Below, piece after piece: positions 42,852 through 54,459 of a stretch of DNA of 64,000 nucleotides (its first letter is position 1; the number at the start of each line of letters is the position of its first letter). The stretch comes from Rebecca billardiae RCC1528. Lineage: Eukaryota; Protista; Haptophyta. Location: NCBI GenBank assembly GCA_965240325.2, contig OZ251235.1:682001-746000 (forward strand). Reading direction: 5' to 3'. Made by a program: the position numbers and the translations under genes. The notes beneath the pieces are model-generated. The model searched no databases. It had not been told where the DNA came from and saw only the letters and a program-made list of their open reading frames with translations.

Positions 42852-45800
42852 TCAGCCGCCGAGCTTGAACGTGCGCATGCCCGTGTTGGCGTCAAAGTCG
42901 GAGTCGTCGACCGCGTGCACGTCGTCCGCGTCGTCGTCCGCAGACTTGGCCTTGAGCTCGAGCGCCCTGTCGATCTGCGCGCGCACCTCGGTGTGCAGGA
43001 ACTTGCCTCGCCAGTGCGTCAGCCCGTGGATGGGCCTGCGGGCCGGGCGGAGGCGCGCGCGCGGTGTGGCGGGATCAGACGCCGCGCCTGCCGTGCGCGG
43101 GCGCTCGCGGCGCTCGCGGCGCGCGTGCACGGCGCGGCGCGGCGCGCGCACGTGCGCCGGCCGGGCTTGCGCGTGTGGAAGCGGCGGCAGTCGGAGCGCG
43201 TGCAGCCGCGGTCGTCTGCGCACAGCTGGCCGATCACTTCGCCCAGCTCCGCCTCGTCGAAGCCCAGCGGCGGCGGGAGCTCGGCGCCCTCCCGCGCCTT
43301 GCGCTTGGTGCGCAGCAGCGAGCAAGCGGCGTTCACTTCCTTGGACGCGTCGTCGAGGGTGGCGCGGCTCTCGGCGGGGGCGGGGCCCTGCGTGCCGACG
43401 CGCGCGTGGTGCGACTGCTGGGCGAGCGCGCGCTGCCGCTGCGCGAGCAGCTCGCGCGCCTGGTCGTAGACCTCGCCCCACATGTGCAGGTCGGAGCGCA
43501 TCGCGCGCTGCAGGTTCTGCAGCTCGGCGATTTGTGCCGCCATGCCGTGCGGTCGGTGCGACGCGCCGCGCGCGCCGCCGCCGCCCGGCTGCGCGCGCGC
43601 GCCGCCGCCGCCGCCGCCCATGCCGCCGGCGCGCGAGTGCTTGCGCGCGGGCCTGGGCGGCTGCGCGTTGGCGGGCGCGCTGGCGGCGCTGGCGGCGCCG
43701 CCGAGCGCGCGCTGCGACGCGGCGCGCGCCACCCGCCTGCCCTCGCCCTCACTCTGCTCCGCGCCGCCGGCCTCATAGTTCACCTTTGCCACGTTGGACT
43801 GCCGCGAGTGCCACCCGCTCCGCGCGCCGCCCGCTGCGACGAGCGCGTCGCGCGCGCGCGCCTTGTCCTCCTCGTCGGTGGCGGCGGAGAGCGCGCCCTT
43901 CGCCGCCGCCTGCGCGGAGACGCGCTCGGACGCGCGGAAGCGCGCGGCCAGGTTGATAATCCACTGCGCCTCCTCCGTCAAGTGGAAGCCGCCGCCGATG
44001 CGCTGCGCCGAGCCAAAGCCACCGCTCAGCCACGCCCACTCCGCGTCGACGATCTCGGCCATCACGTCGATGCGCAGCCGCGCGAGCTCGGCGGCCGCGT
44101 CGTGCGCGGCGGCGCGCGCGGCGGCGGCGGCGGGCGAGTGCGCCAGCGGGCCTCCGAGCCCGTCCGCACCGCCGCCTTTGAGCGGCTCCAACGCCGCGCC
44201 CACGCTCGCCGCGAGCCCCGAGAGCGCCGCCTTGCGCGCCTTGCACTCGCGCGTGGCGCACGCCATGTCCACGATGGAGGCGGCGGCGTCGAGGAAGAGC
44301 TCGTCGCGCGGGGGCGGCTCGGAGCGGTTGCCCACGGCGTTGCTCAGGTTGCGCATCTCCGCCATCGTGCGCTGCACCTCGAAGAAATGCGAGTACTCGC
44401 GCAGCAGGTCCGACACCCCGGCGCTCAGCTCGCCGTGCATCCGAACAATGGCCGCCCGCACCGTCTCCGAGTAGTCGATGGCGGCGCCCGGCGCGGAGGC
44501 GGCCGACGGGTCGTCGAGCTCGTCCACGGCGGCGGAGGCGGGGGCGGCGTCCGCGCCGCCCGCGCCCGGCTTGGACGACTTGCCGCCCGCCGGCGGCAGC
44601 GGCGGGAGCGACGGCCGCATCCCGCCCCGCAGGTTGAGCGGCGCGCCCGCGCCGCCGCCGAGCACACCGCCGCCGTGCCGCGCGCCGCCGCCGCCGCCGC
44701 CGCCGCCCGTCGTGTTCTGCACGGCGAGGCGCATGGCGCGGCGCGGGAGGGCGAGGGCGCGCGCGCGCGGCTGCGGCTGCGGCGCCGGCCGCGCGGGCTG
44801 CGGCGCCGGCGGCAGCGGCGGCGCCGCCGCCGAGGGCGAGGGCGGCGGCGAGGGCGGCGGCGTCGGGCGCGGCGGCGACGGCGGCGGCGCGCCCGCCCGC
44901 TGCTGCTGCTGCTGCGCCGCCCGCTCCGCGCCGCCGGTGATGCGCAGCCTCGAGTGCGAGAGCGAGGCGGCGCCCTCGGCGTCGCCCGCGCCCGCCTCCC
45001 CGCCCGCTCCCGCCGCCGCCGCCGCGCCGCGCTCCTCCCCGTTCCCCGCCGCCGCGCCGCCTCCGCCCCTGGCCGCGGGCGGCAGCCACAGCGCGGCGCG
45101 AGGCTTGAGCTTCTCGTTCACCTCGGCGCCCATCGCCTCGAGGCGGAGGACGGTGGCGGCCTCGGGGTCGGACTCGCGCAGCCGCGCGATGGTGAGCTCG
45201 CGCAGCAGCCGCGTCTGCACCAGCTCGAGCGCGGAGCGCTGCGCCTTGCTCAGCCGCTCGCCGCCGCCGCCGCCGCCGCCCTCGGCGAGCGCGGCGGCCA
45301 TGCTGGTGAGCACGCGCACCGCCACCCACGCCGCCGCCTCCCGCACGCGCGCGTCGGCCGTGCGCAGCGCGGGGCCCGCGCCGGGCGAGCGCGCGGCCGA
45401 GGGCGGCGCGAGCCCCCCGCCGCCGCCGCTCGCCGCCGACGCGGCGCGCGAGAACGAGCCGGCGGCGATGGCGCCGCTGAAGGAGGCACCGCGCGAGGAG
45501 CCCGCGCCCGGCGCGGGCGCGCGCGCGCTCGACGCCGGCGCGCTCGGGTTGCGGAGGAGCGGGGGCGGCGCGGCGCGGGCGTCGGCGATGGCGCTGCCGA
45601 AGCTGCGCCCGCCGCCCAGCGGCGGCGGCGCCCTTGCCACGCTCGACGGCAGCGGCGCCACCGTCTCCTCCGCCTCCCCCCGCTGCTCGGCTGTCAGCGC
45701 GTCGGCGGCGAGCGCCGCGGCCGCAGCCGACTGCCGGGCGGGCCTCGCGTGCGGCGCGGCCGCGAGCGCCTCGGGACCGGACGCGGCGGCCATGAAGCCG

Positions 45801-46350
45801 CCGGCGCGCGGCGCGGCGTCGGCGTCGGCGTCTGCCGCGTCCGGCTGCCCCGCCCGCGCGCCGCCCTCCTCCTCCGCCTCGTCCGCGTCGTCCGCGTCGC
45901 CCGGCGCCGCCGCCTCGCGCCCGCCGCCTCGGATTGCCGTCACGGCCTCGTGCACGGCGGGCACGGCGTGGGCGTCGACCCACTGCCTGGCGGCGTCTGT
46001 GGACGAGAGTCCGGACCACGCGGCGCGCTGCGCGCCCAGGTTGGCCAGCTCGGGCATCGAGAGCCGCTCGGTCGAGACGTGCACGTACTCGAGCACGCGC
46101 GCGGCCGCGTGCACGCCCGCCGCGCCGTCGCCGGTGGTAGCGAGGGCGATGGCGGAGGCGGAGCGGGCGGGCGCGGCGAGCGCGGCGGCGGGGTCGGTGG
46201 GCAGGTTGGCCGAGGAGTGCAGCAGCGGCGCGAGCGCGCGCACGCCCACGTGCAGCGTCTCCGCCGCCTTGAGCACCGCGGCGTTCCGCTGCGCCGCGTT
46301 GCCGCCGCCGCCGCCGCCGCCGCTCATCGCGCTGCCGCCGCCGCCCACGC

Positions 46351-46386
<36 letters not shown>

Positions 46387-47180
46387 GCGCGCCGCCGCCG
46401 AGCACGGCGAAGCCCATGGTGGGCTGCGCGGGCGCGGCGGCGGCGCCGATGGCGGCGTGCAGCGCGAGCAGCTGCGGGCGCAGCTGCACGTCCAGCGCGC
46501 CCAGTGCCTCGCGCACGTGCCCCTCCGCCTCCTCCAGCGCTGAGCGCCAGTGCGACGCGAGCGCGCGCGCCGCGCCGAGCGCGCGGTGCGTCGGGTGGCG
46601 CGGCCGCTGCCCCGACTCGTCGGACAGCCAGAAGCGCTGCTGCTGCGGGCTGAGGTTGATGGGCGCCAGTCGCTCGCTCCCGCCCGCGCTCGGCGCGATC
46701 GACGCGCTCGCCAGCCCCACCGCCGCCGCCGCCGCCGACCCCCACTGCACGCGCGCCGGCAGCGTCTCGTCTTCGCACGCCTCGACCACGACTCCGGTCA
46801 GGATCTGCGCGAGCTCGGACTCCGCCTCGGCGTCGGGCATGGCGGAGAGGAGGGCGAGGGCGTCCGCGGCGCGGCGCACGCCGCCCACGTCCACCGTCCC
46901 CGGCAGCCTCAGCCCGCCGCACTTGAACGGCACGTTCGGCTTGCGCATGTCGGGCACGCGCCGGTTCGGGAAGCGAGCGCGCGCGCCTTCGAGCGTGGCA
47001 GTCAGCGCCTCAGCCCAGCGCGCGCTCAGCAGAGCGGCCAGCTGGCTGAGCAGCGTCTCGGCGAGGCGGACGCAGCGCGTGGCGGCGCGGATCGCGCGGA
47101 GCGAGCCCTGCAGGCACGCCGACACCTCCTCCGCCGCGCTCGACAGCGCGTCCGCGTGCGCCTGCACCTCCTCAAGCGTC

Positions 47181-47215
<35 letters not shown>

Positions 47216-48967
47216 ACCGAGCAGCGAGCGCTGGCTCGTGCCCATCGCCTGGCCGTGCGCGCTGTGGCGCAGGTACGCGCGCGCGGCCTCGTGCGCCGCC
47301 GCCGCGCGCGCGACGCCCAGCGCGACGAACGCGTCCGCCTCGCGCACCACGCTCGCCCGCTGCTTGAGCGCGTGCGACAGCGCCCCCCGCCTCAGCACTC
47401 CAACGCCCTCGCGCGCCCAGCCCTGCAGCGCGTCCGCGTCGTCGAGCGTGTGCGCGGAGAAGACGCGCTGCGCCCAGACGAAGAGTCCGTAGCTGATCTC
47501 GCGCGCCGAGCCGCCCGCCGCCGCGCCGGCCGCGCGCGCGTCGCCGTAGTGCAGCAGCTCCGCGATCCCGACGAGGTACCCGGACTCTGAGCCGGACTCT
47601 GAGCTGGCGTCGCCGCCGCCGCCGCCGCCGCGCCGCGCGCCGCCGAATGAGCGCAGCAGCGAGCCCTTGGCGGGCGCGAGGCGCACCTGCCCGCCGAGGC
47701 ACAGCGCGCGCACCAGCGCGGGCGGCAGCCGCGCCACGCCCACGTGCGCCCCGACGAGCACCTCGCCGAGCAGCTGCGCGTACAGCGCGGGCGCCTCCCA
47801 GCCCGCCACGGGCGGCGCGGTGGCCGGCGCGCCGCTCGCCGACGTGTCGACGGTGGCGTGCGGCTGCAGCGCGACGAGGGTGTCCGCGCCGTCGTCGTCG
47901 GCGGGCGCGCCCGCCCCGCCCGGCCCGGCGTGCGCCGCCGCGGGCAGCAGGTGCCGGTGCGCGCAGAGCAGCGCGCGCTGCGCCGCGCACAGCGCGCCCA
48001 GGATCGGCGCGGTCGCGTAAGCGAGGTCGGCGGGCGGCGAGGTGGCCTGGTGGGCGAGGGCGAGCTGCACGGAGAGGGAGAGCTGCGAGACGAGGGCGAT
48101 GGGCGCGCGCACGGCGCGCGCGAGCGTCCCGTCGTCGCGCACGCCGAGCACGCGCGCGCCCAGCTCGCGCAGCGGCCGCGCCACCGCGCCATCCGCCGCG
48201 CCCAGCGCCGCGCCCACGTCCACCGGCGCGAGGCCGACCGAGGCGCATCTCGAGCCGATCTCGCCGGCGGGCGGCGCGGCGGGCGCGGCGGGCGCGGCGC
48301 CGCCGGGGACGCCCGAGCGCCGCCGCGCCAGCGCGCCCGCCACCGTCGTGCTCGGCGCCGCGCCGCCGCCGCCCCGCGCGCCGCCGCCGCCGCCGCCGCC
48401 GGCCGCGGGCGCGGCGCTCGCGCCGGCCAGCGCGGCGTCGAGCGCGAGCAGCTGGAGATGCAGCGCGGCGAAGGGGAGCTTGGAGCGCGCGCTCTTGCGC
48501 AGGTGCGTGCGCGAGGCCTCGAGCTCCGCCAGCCACCGCGGGCCCAGCGCCTGCAGCGCGCCCACCAGCTCGGCGCGCGCGCGCGCGTCGGCGGCGTCCG
48601 GTGGCGTCCCGAGCGCGAGCTCGAGCGCGCTCGCGAGGCGGCAGAGCACGGACTGCGCGACGAAGCTCGAGGCGCCGAAGCCCTGCTCGTTGATGGGTGT
48701 GTGGCGATCGCGCCGGTGCGTCTCCTGCTTGAGCAGCGCGTCGATCGCCGCGGCCACGCTGTCGCCCGCAGGCGTGCGGTCGGACGTGCCGAGACCGAGC
48801 GTCACGATCGCGTCCGCGCACACGAGCTGCTTGTGCGCGTGCTCGGCGCCGAGCTTGGCGGGCGCCTGCAGGAAGGTGAGCGCCTTCTTCGCGTCCGCGC
48901 CCCCCTCGCCCAGCCCCTTGAGCTCGTCGAGCGCGATGTCGCACGCGGCCGACGCCGCGGCTTGCAT
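42852..48967 (-). CDS. Large (~2,000 aa) hypothetical protein with a C-terminal CCCH-type zinc finger; exons 48967-43152 and 43035-42852
   Basis: ATG 48967 (MQAAASAACDIALDELKG). Long ORF with protein-like composition. CADDRGCTRSDCRRFH (C-x5-C-x4-C-x3-H). Phase-2 intron 43036-43151 (GTGCGC...CCGCAG) joins to TPIHGLTHWRGKFLHTEV...FKLGG-stop. Confidence 0.75.
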
Positions 48968-49329
48968 GCTGCTCGCGCCCGGCAGCGCCGTGCAGGCGCA
49001 CGCCCAGAAGGAACCACTGCTCACTGGGGGCGAAGCCCGGTGAGCAGCCCCGGATCTTCGTAATCGCGCCTTGATATTCGGCGGTAACCGACTGACGAGC
49101 GCAAAATCCGGACCAGCACCCGGCGGCACCCAGCGCTGGCTCCCAGCAAGGAGACTTTAATAAAAGTGGGTTATTTGTAAGGACCCCCGGGAGCTAGCTC
49201 CCAGACCCAACGAGAGAATCTCTTGCGCTAAAAAAATGCCGCGTGATGGCGCGTGCCGCGTGGGCGGCTTATTCTTCGATCGAATACGCTCACGATTCAT
49301 CCCAGTAGCAACTTGAATGGGCAGTGGGT

Positions 49330-49380
49330 ACCGTATGCTCGTGTGAAAGGCTGAAAGCTAACCGTATGCTCGTGTGAAAG
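49330..49380. repeat. 20-bp direct repeat in the divergent promoter region
   Basis: ACCGTATGCTCGTGTGAAAG at 49330-49349 and 49361-49380. Confidence 0.85.
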
Positions 49381-49492
49381 CTACAAGCTACTTATCTACA
49401 AGCCCAGGCGGCGAGACCCGAGTGGAGCCGGTGGGCAACGAGGCCATCTTGCGGGCGGTGCAACCGTCGAGGGCGCGCGCGCGTGCCCAGCC

Positions 49493-52400
49493 ATGCGGCG
49501 TCGGAGCGCAGGCGCAGCGCGCGCGGCGCGGCTGGCCGCCCTCGCCGCCCTCGCGCTCGCCGCCCACCCGGCGCGCGCGCTCAACGTCGGCGTCATCGGC
49601 AAGCAGCAGGACTCGAGCGCGCGAGAGTCGTTCATGGCCATGCTCGCCGCGAACCACTTCAACGCGCGCGCGGCGCACGTGGTGCCGCAGTTCGGCGAGC
49701 TGGGCGGCTGTGCGCTGCGCATCAACGCCACCCTCGCCGACTACCTCGGCCTGTGCGGCCCCGCCGTCGACCGCTACATCGACGGCCGCGAGCGGTTCGG
49801 CTGGGAGGCGCTGTGGGGGCCCGGCCGGTCGGCGTGCGCGGAGGCGCTCGCGATCCTCGGGCGCACGTTCGGCACGGTGCACGTGAGCGCGACGTCGACG
49901 TCGCCGACGCTCGACGACGAGATCCTCTACCCCTTCTTCGCCCGCGTCGTCCCCTCCGACGACGCGATCGCGGGCGCGATGGTCGCGTACGCGGCGCACC
50001 ACGGCTGGAGCCGCGTCGGCGTGCTGTACGAGCAGGACGGCTCGTTCGCCGACGCGCTCGCCGCGGCGATCCGCTCGGAGGGGCTGGCGGCGGGCATCGC
50101 CGTCGAGAGCGCCTTCTACCCCGACGCCGCCGGCATCGCGCCCGCCGTCGCGTCGCTCACCGCCGGCAGCGACGGGCGCGGTCCGTACCGCGTCGTGTTT
50201 GCCATCTGCACGTCAGCCGACCTGCCGACGGTGGTGGAGGCGGCGGTGGCGGAGGGGATGCTCGGCGTGCCCGGGCGGCACTGGGTCTTCTCGGACGCCG
50301 TGCGCTTCGACAACTTCCTCGCCGAGCCCTGGGCCGCGCACCTCGACGGCTCGGCGCAGATCCTCGCCGCGGGCGCCGCGCCGGACGACCCGACGTGGGT
50401 GCGGCTGCAGGCGGAGTGGCGCAACCTCACGTCCGACGCGTTCGGCGGGCAGCTGCCGCCGGGGATGGGGCTGGCGGAGGCGGGGCTGCCGCCGCTGCCG
50501 TCCGACGCGGCGGCGGCCACCAACGCCACGTGGACCTTCGCCACGCCGCTCTCGGGCCGCGAGGGCCTCGCGTACGACGCGATGGCGGCGATCGGGCTCG
50601 GCGGCTGCGCGCTCGAGGCGGCGATCGCCGCGGGCGAGGTGGGCGCGGAGGCGCTCGAGAGCGCGACGGGCCGCGCGCACGAGCTGCACGCGCGGGTGAA
50701 GGCGCTCGCGTTCACCGGCGTGAGCGGCTCCGTCCGCTTCGACGCCGTCGGCACGCGCACGCCCACCTCCGCGCGCTCGGCCGTGCAGAATATTGTCGCC
50801 GCGCCGCTGGGCTCCGGCCTCGTGCTGCGGGCGCTGCCGTTCGTCGGCGTGTACGCCGACGACGCGTGGGTGTTCGAGCGGGGCGTGCGCTTCTTCGGCG
50901 GCTCGAGCACGCCGCCGCTCGACGGCACCGCCCTGACCAGCTGCCCCGCCGGCCAGTACTACGCCGGCGAGGGCGTGTGCAACAACTGCCCGAGCGGCAC
51001 CGTCTCGCAGTCGGGATCGACGTCGTGCGAGCAGTGCGAGCGCGGCACGGCGGCCTCGCGCAGCCGCAAGGCGTGCGTGCCGTGCGAGAGCGACGCGTAC
51101 CAGGACGAGGCGGGCTCGGACGAGTGCGAGCGCTGCCCGCTCGACTCGGCCCACCTCGTCCCCTCCGGCACGCGCGCGCGCCCCTTCAACTCGGCGCGCG
51201 GCGCGACCAACGCCTCGGCGTGCGCGTGCGTTCCGGGAACCTTCCTGCCGTCGGCCTTCGACTCGCTCGCGGAGGCGGGCGCGGCGTGCGCGGCGTGCCC
51301 GACGGGCGGCGTGTGCGACGGGACGGGCGAGGACGTGCGCATCCGCCCGCAGCCGCTGCCCGGCTGGTACGGCCGACCCTCCGCGCCCGAGGTCTTTGTC
51401 GCGTGCGCCGTGCAGGCCGCGTGCCCCGGCGGCGGCCTCGGCGTGTGCTCAGCCGCATACACGGGCGACGTGTGCTCCGACTGCGCGGCGGGGTGGTACG
51501 CGGCGGCGAGCCACGAGTGCGTGCCGTGCTCGGGGAGCCACGTCGCCGTCGCCGTCCTCGCGCTCGTCATCCTCCTCCTCGCCGCCGCCGCCGTGCACCT
51601 CGCCGCCAACCTGCGCGAGAAGGACGAGCTGCGCGCGGGCGCAAAGCTCTCGTCCACAGTCGCGGCCGCGGCCGACTTTCAGTCGCTGCTGCTCTTCCTG
51701 CAGGTGGTGAGCATGCTGGACGGCGCGAGCGTGCGCTGGCCCGAGTCGGTCTCGGCGCTGATGCGCGGGCTCTCGTGGGTCAACCTCGACGTCTCCGTCT
51801 TCTCCGCCGAGTGCACGTGGGGCCTGGGCTTTGTGCAGCGCTGGCGGCTGCAGGCGGCCGCGCCCTTCTACGTTCTGGCGGTGTACCTCGGGTACACGCT
51901 GCTCGTACCGCTGCCGCGCGCGCTGCTGGGGCCCGAGCCGAGCGACGCGCGCAGCCGCGTGCACGCGTGCAAGCTCGCCGCGTACCGCTCGGCCAACGCC
52001 TGCGTCCTCGCGCTGCACATCGTGTACATCTTCACCGCGCGCGCCGGGCTCGCCGCGTTCACCTGCCGGCAGCAGCCCGACGGCACGCGCACGATGGCGC
52101 ACTACCCGGCGATGGTGTGCGGCTCGGAGGAGTGGGCGCGCGAGGTGATGCCGGTCGGGGTCGCGTCGGTGGTGCTCGTGGTGGTCTACCCGCTCGCCCT
52201 CGCCGCCGTCTTCGCGCGCGGCTACGACCAGAAGTCCGAGGCGATCCGAATCTCGACGGCGATCGCGCGCGTGCCGTACAAGCGGCGCTTCTACTTTTGG
52301 GAGGCGGTCGAGCTGCTGCGCAAGCTGGCGGTGGCGGCGGCGCTGGCGGCGGTGGGGCTGCCCGGCGTCGCGCAGCTCGCGTTCGTCTCGGCCGCCACCG

Positions 52401-53857
52401 CCATCGCCCTCGCGCTCACCCTGCGCGCGCGCCCCTTCCGCCACGCCCTCGTGAACGACCTGAGCGCTGCGATCCACTCGTGTCTGCTGCTCGTGCTGCT
52501 GTGTGGGATGGTGTTCAGCGTCACGCACGGCGCGGCGAGCGCCGCGCGGCAGGGCGGCGGCGCGGTGCTCGCGGAGGGCGGCATGGGCGCGAGCGCGCAG
52601 ACGCTCGAGCGGCTCACCATCGCGCTCACCGTCATCATCTTCGCCGCGGTCAGCGTCGCGTGCGGCCTCTCCCTAGCCCACCTCCTCTTCGCCGCCAGCC
52701 AGTACTACTTTGAGCGGCGCGTGCGCGTGCAGCACTCGCCCGAGCCGAGGCGCGGGCGCGTGATGCCCGGCGGGTCGTCGTTCCGCGTGTCGTCGTTCCG
52801 CGAGATGAGCACCTACCTCGGCGGCAGCGGCAGCCTGCGCAACGCGCTCGCGCGCATCTCCACGGCCTCGTCGGTCGCGCCGCAGCCGCAGGGGCACGCG
52901 CCGCAGCCGCAGGGGCTGCAGCCGCAGGACGCGTCCGAGGACGGGCGCAGCGGCCGCAGCACGGAGCCCACCGCCTCCGAGCGGCGCAGCACGGACCTGA
53001 CGAGCAACGCGGGCTCGGTCCCGTACCGCTCGCCCGCGCCGGGCATGAGGCGCCGCTCGAGCGCAGACGGCGGGCGGCGCGGCAGCATCGGCGGCGCCGA
53101 CCTCGACGCGCAGCCGCGCTGGCTGACTGCCCTCGCAAACCTGCGCTCGCGCTCGCGCGGCTTCACGCCCGAGCTGGTCGAGGCGCTGCAGCTGCTGCTC
53201 ACCAAGCTGCCCGCCGAGCGCGTGGTGGACGAGGTGGTGCAGCAGCTCGACGACGAGGACGAGCTGCGCCAGCTCACAGACTCGATGATGCTCCTCTTTG
53301 TCCTGCTCACGCAGACGCGCATGTTCCGCCGCTCGTCCGACGGCAGCCGGCTCGCGCAGCTGATGGGCCAGTCGGGGCTGACGGCGCACGACGTGCAGTA
53401 CGCGATGACGCGGTTCCGCCCGAGCCAGCGGCGCAACATCATCGGCACGCTCAGCGAGCACGTCGTGACGAGCAGCAGAAACCTGCCCATCCCCGGCCGC
53501 GACGAGAGCTGCGCGCGGCCGAGCAACGCGTCCGTCAGCCACGACTTCAGGGCGCCGCGGCAGCCGCCGGGCGCGGTGGGCGCGGACGGCGCGACGCACA
53601 TCGAGCCGGCCGGCCCCGCATCCCCCGAGGCGCGCGCCGACACGCGCGCCGGCGTGTCGCCGTCGTCCGTGGCGGCGGCGGTGGAGATGCTCGCGCCCGT
53701 CACGGCCGCGTCAGGCGCCGTGGCGTTGAACGCGACCGACGGCAGCCGACTCGTGAGGCTGTCGGAGGACGAGGTGCTGGACACGGCCGCCACTGACGCC
53801 GCCCGGGAGCGCCAGGAGGAGCAGGGCCAGCTCGGCGGGCCCGGCCCGCCTTTGTGA
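49493..53857 (+). CDS. Multipass receptor-like protein: signal peptide, Venus-flytrap (ANF/GABA-B-type) domain, Cys-rich repeats, multi-TM domain
   Basis: Signal AARLAALAALALAAHPARA. VFT motifs GPGRSAC, SATSTSPTLDDEILYPFFARVVPSD, YDAMAA, FTGVSGSVRFD. CPAGQY/CPSGT/CERGT/YQDEAG Cys-rich repeats. 7-8 hydrophobic helices with YFWEAVELLRKL and RPF motifs. Single exon. Confidence 0.85.
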   Translation: MRRRSAGAARAARLAALAALALAAHPARALNVGVIGKQQDSSARESFMAMLAANHFNARAAHVVPQFGELGGCALRINATLADYLGLCGPAVDRYIDGRERFGWEALWGPGRSACAEALAILGRTFGTVHVSATSTSPTLDDEILYPFFARVVPSDDAIAGAMVAYAAHHGWSRVGVLYEQDGSFADALAAAIRSEGLAAGIAVESAFYPDAAGIAPAVASLTAGSDGRGPYRVVFAICTSADLPTVVEAAVAEGMLGVPGRHWVFSDAVRFDNFLAEPWAAHLDGSAQILAAGAAPDDPTWVRLQAEWRNLTSDAFGGQLPPGMGLAEAGLPPLPSDAAAATNATWTFATPLSGREGLAYDAMAAIGLGGCALEAAIAAGEVGAEALESATGRAHELHARVKALAFTGVSGSVRFDAVGTRTPTSARSAVQNIVAAPLGSGLVLRALPFVGVYADDAWVFERGVRFFGGSSTPPLDGTALTSCPAGQYYAGEGVCNNCPSGTVSQSGSTSCEQCERGTAASRSRKACVPCESDAYQDEAGSDECERCPLDSAHLVPSGTRARPFNSARGATNASACACVPGTFLPSAFDSLAEAGAACAACPTGGVCDGTGEDVRIRPQPLPGWYGRPSAPEVFVACAVQAACPGGGLGVCSAAYTGDVCSDCAAGWYAAASHECVPCSGSHVAVAVLALVILLLAAAAVHLAANLREKDELRAGAKLSSTVAAAADFQSLLLFLQVVSMLDGASVRWPESVSALMRGLSWVNLDVSVFSAECTWGLGFVQRWRLQAAAPFYVLAVYLGYTLLVPLPRALLGPEPSDARSRVHACKLAAYRSANACVLALHIVYIFTARAGLAAFTCRQQPDGTRTMAHYPAMVCGSEEWAREVMPVGVASVVLVVVYPLALAAVFARGYDQKSEAIRISTAIARVPYKRRFYFWEAVELLRKLAVAAALAAVGLPGVAQLAFVSAATAIALALTLRARPFRHALVNDLSAAIHSCLLLVLLCGMVFSVTHGAASAARQGGGAVLAEGGMGASAQTLERLTIALTVIIFAAVSVACGLSLAHLLFAASQYYFERRVRVQHSPEPRRGRVMPGGSSFRVSSFREMSTYLGGSGSLRNALARISTASSVAPQPQGHAPQPQGLQPQDASEDGRSGRSTEPTASERRSTDLTSNAGSVPYRSPAPGMRRRSSADGGRRGSIGGADLDAQPRWLTALANLRSRSRGFTPELVEALQLLLTKLPAERVVDEVVQQLDDEDELRQLTDSMMLLFVLLTQTRMFRRSSDGSRLAQLMGQSGLTAHDVQYAMTRFRPSQRRNIIGTLSEHVVTSSRNLPIPGRDESCARPSNASVSHDFRAPRQPPGAVGADGATHIEPAGPASPEARADTRAGVSPSSVAAAVEMLAPVTAASGAVALNATDGSRLVRLSEDEVLDTAATDAARERQEEQGQLGGPGPPL

Positions 53858-54139
53858 GTACATTTTAAGTATTGTTCATCTAGCTCGCTGACGACCGCGC
53901 TGCCCCATCGTGCGTGCCCCTCAACGGAGGTTTTGGAAACAGCACGGTGTGGAACCAACGCTCTCCCTAGAACCTTCTGCCGGTGGCTAGGTTGTTTCGT
54001 CGACAAGCAAGACGGGGCACTCACTTGACGGTTGGCCATGTGTGCGAGTGGCGCGAGAGCGAGTTCCCCTACGAGATAGAAGGCGAGTTCCCTTCTCGTC
54101 AGGATCGCCTGCTGTCCGTTTGTAAAACAGGCGGCTGAG

Positions 54140-54200
54140 CCAATAATCGGCCTCGAGCATCAGATCTGATTGGACGTGAGCTTGCTCAACTCCTAATTGG
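54140..54200. promoter_or_regulatory. Three CCAAT boxes upstream of the RB-like gene
   Basis: CCAAT 54140-54144, ATTGG 54169-54173 and ATTGG 54196-54200 (spacing ~28 bp). Confidence 0.4.
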
Positions 54201-54459
54201 GCGGGTAGGCAAGGCGGGCAAACTGACGTCCGAGTCGCTTGCGCCCACCGGCTCTTCTCGGTCGGTGCGTGACGACCGGCGGGCCGCGCTGGGGCGAGCA
54301 GCGTGCAGGCTGCAGCGGCGCGGCTGCTCGTAGCACCGAACAGCGCAGGGGGCCTAGCAGGCGAGCACCCTGCCCACCGCGGCGTTCGCGCACAACCCCC
54401 GTGGCCGCCGGAGCGGGAGCCGCGAGAGCGAGCAGGGCGCGCCTACGCGTATCTTTCCC

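Noticed and set aside
43064-49063. Plus-strand ORFs of 1159 and 1004 aa and similar overlapping ORFs
   Set aside because: Antisense shadows of the minus-strand 2,000-aa gene.
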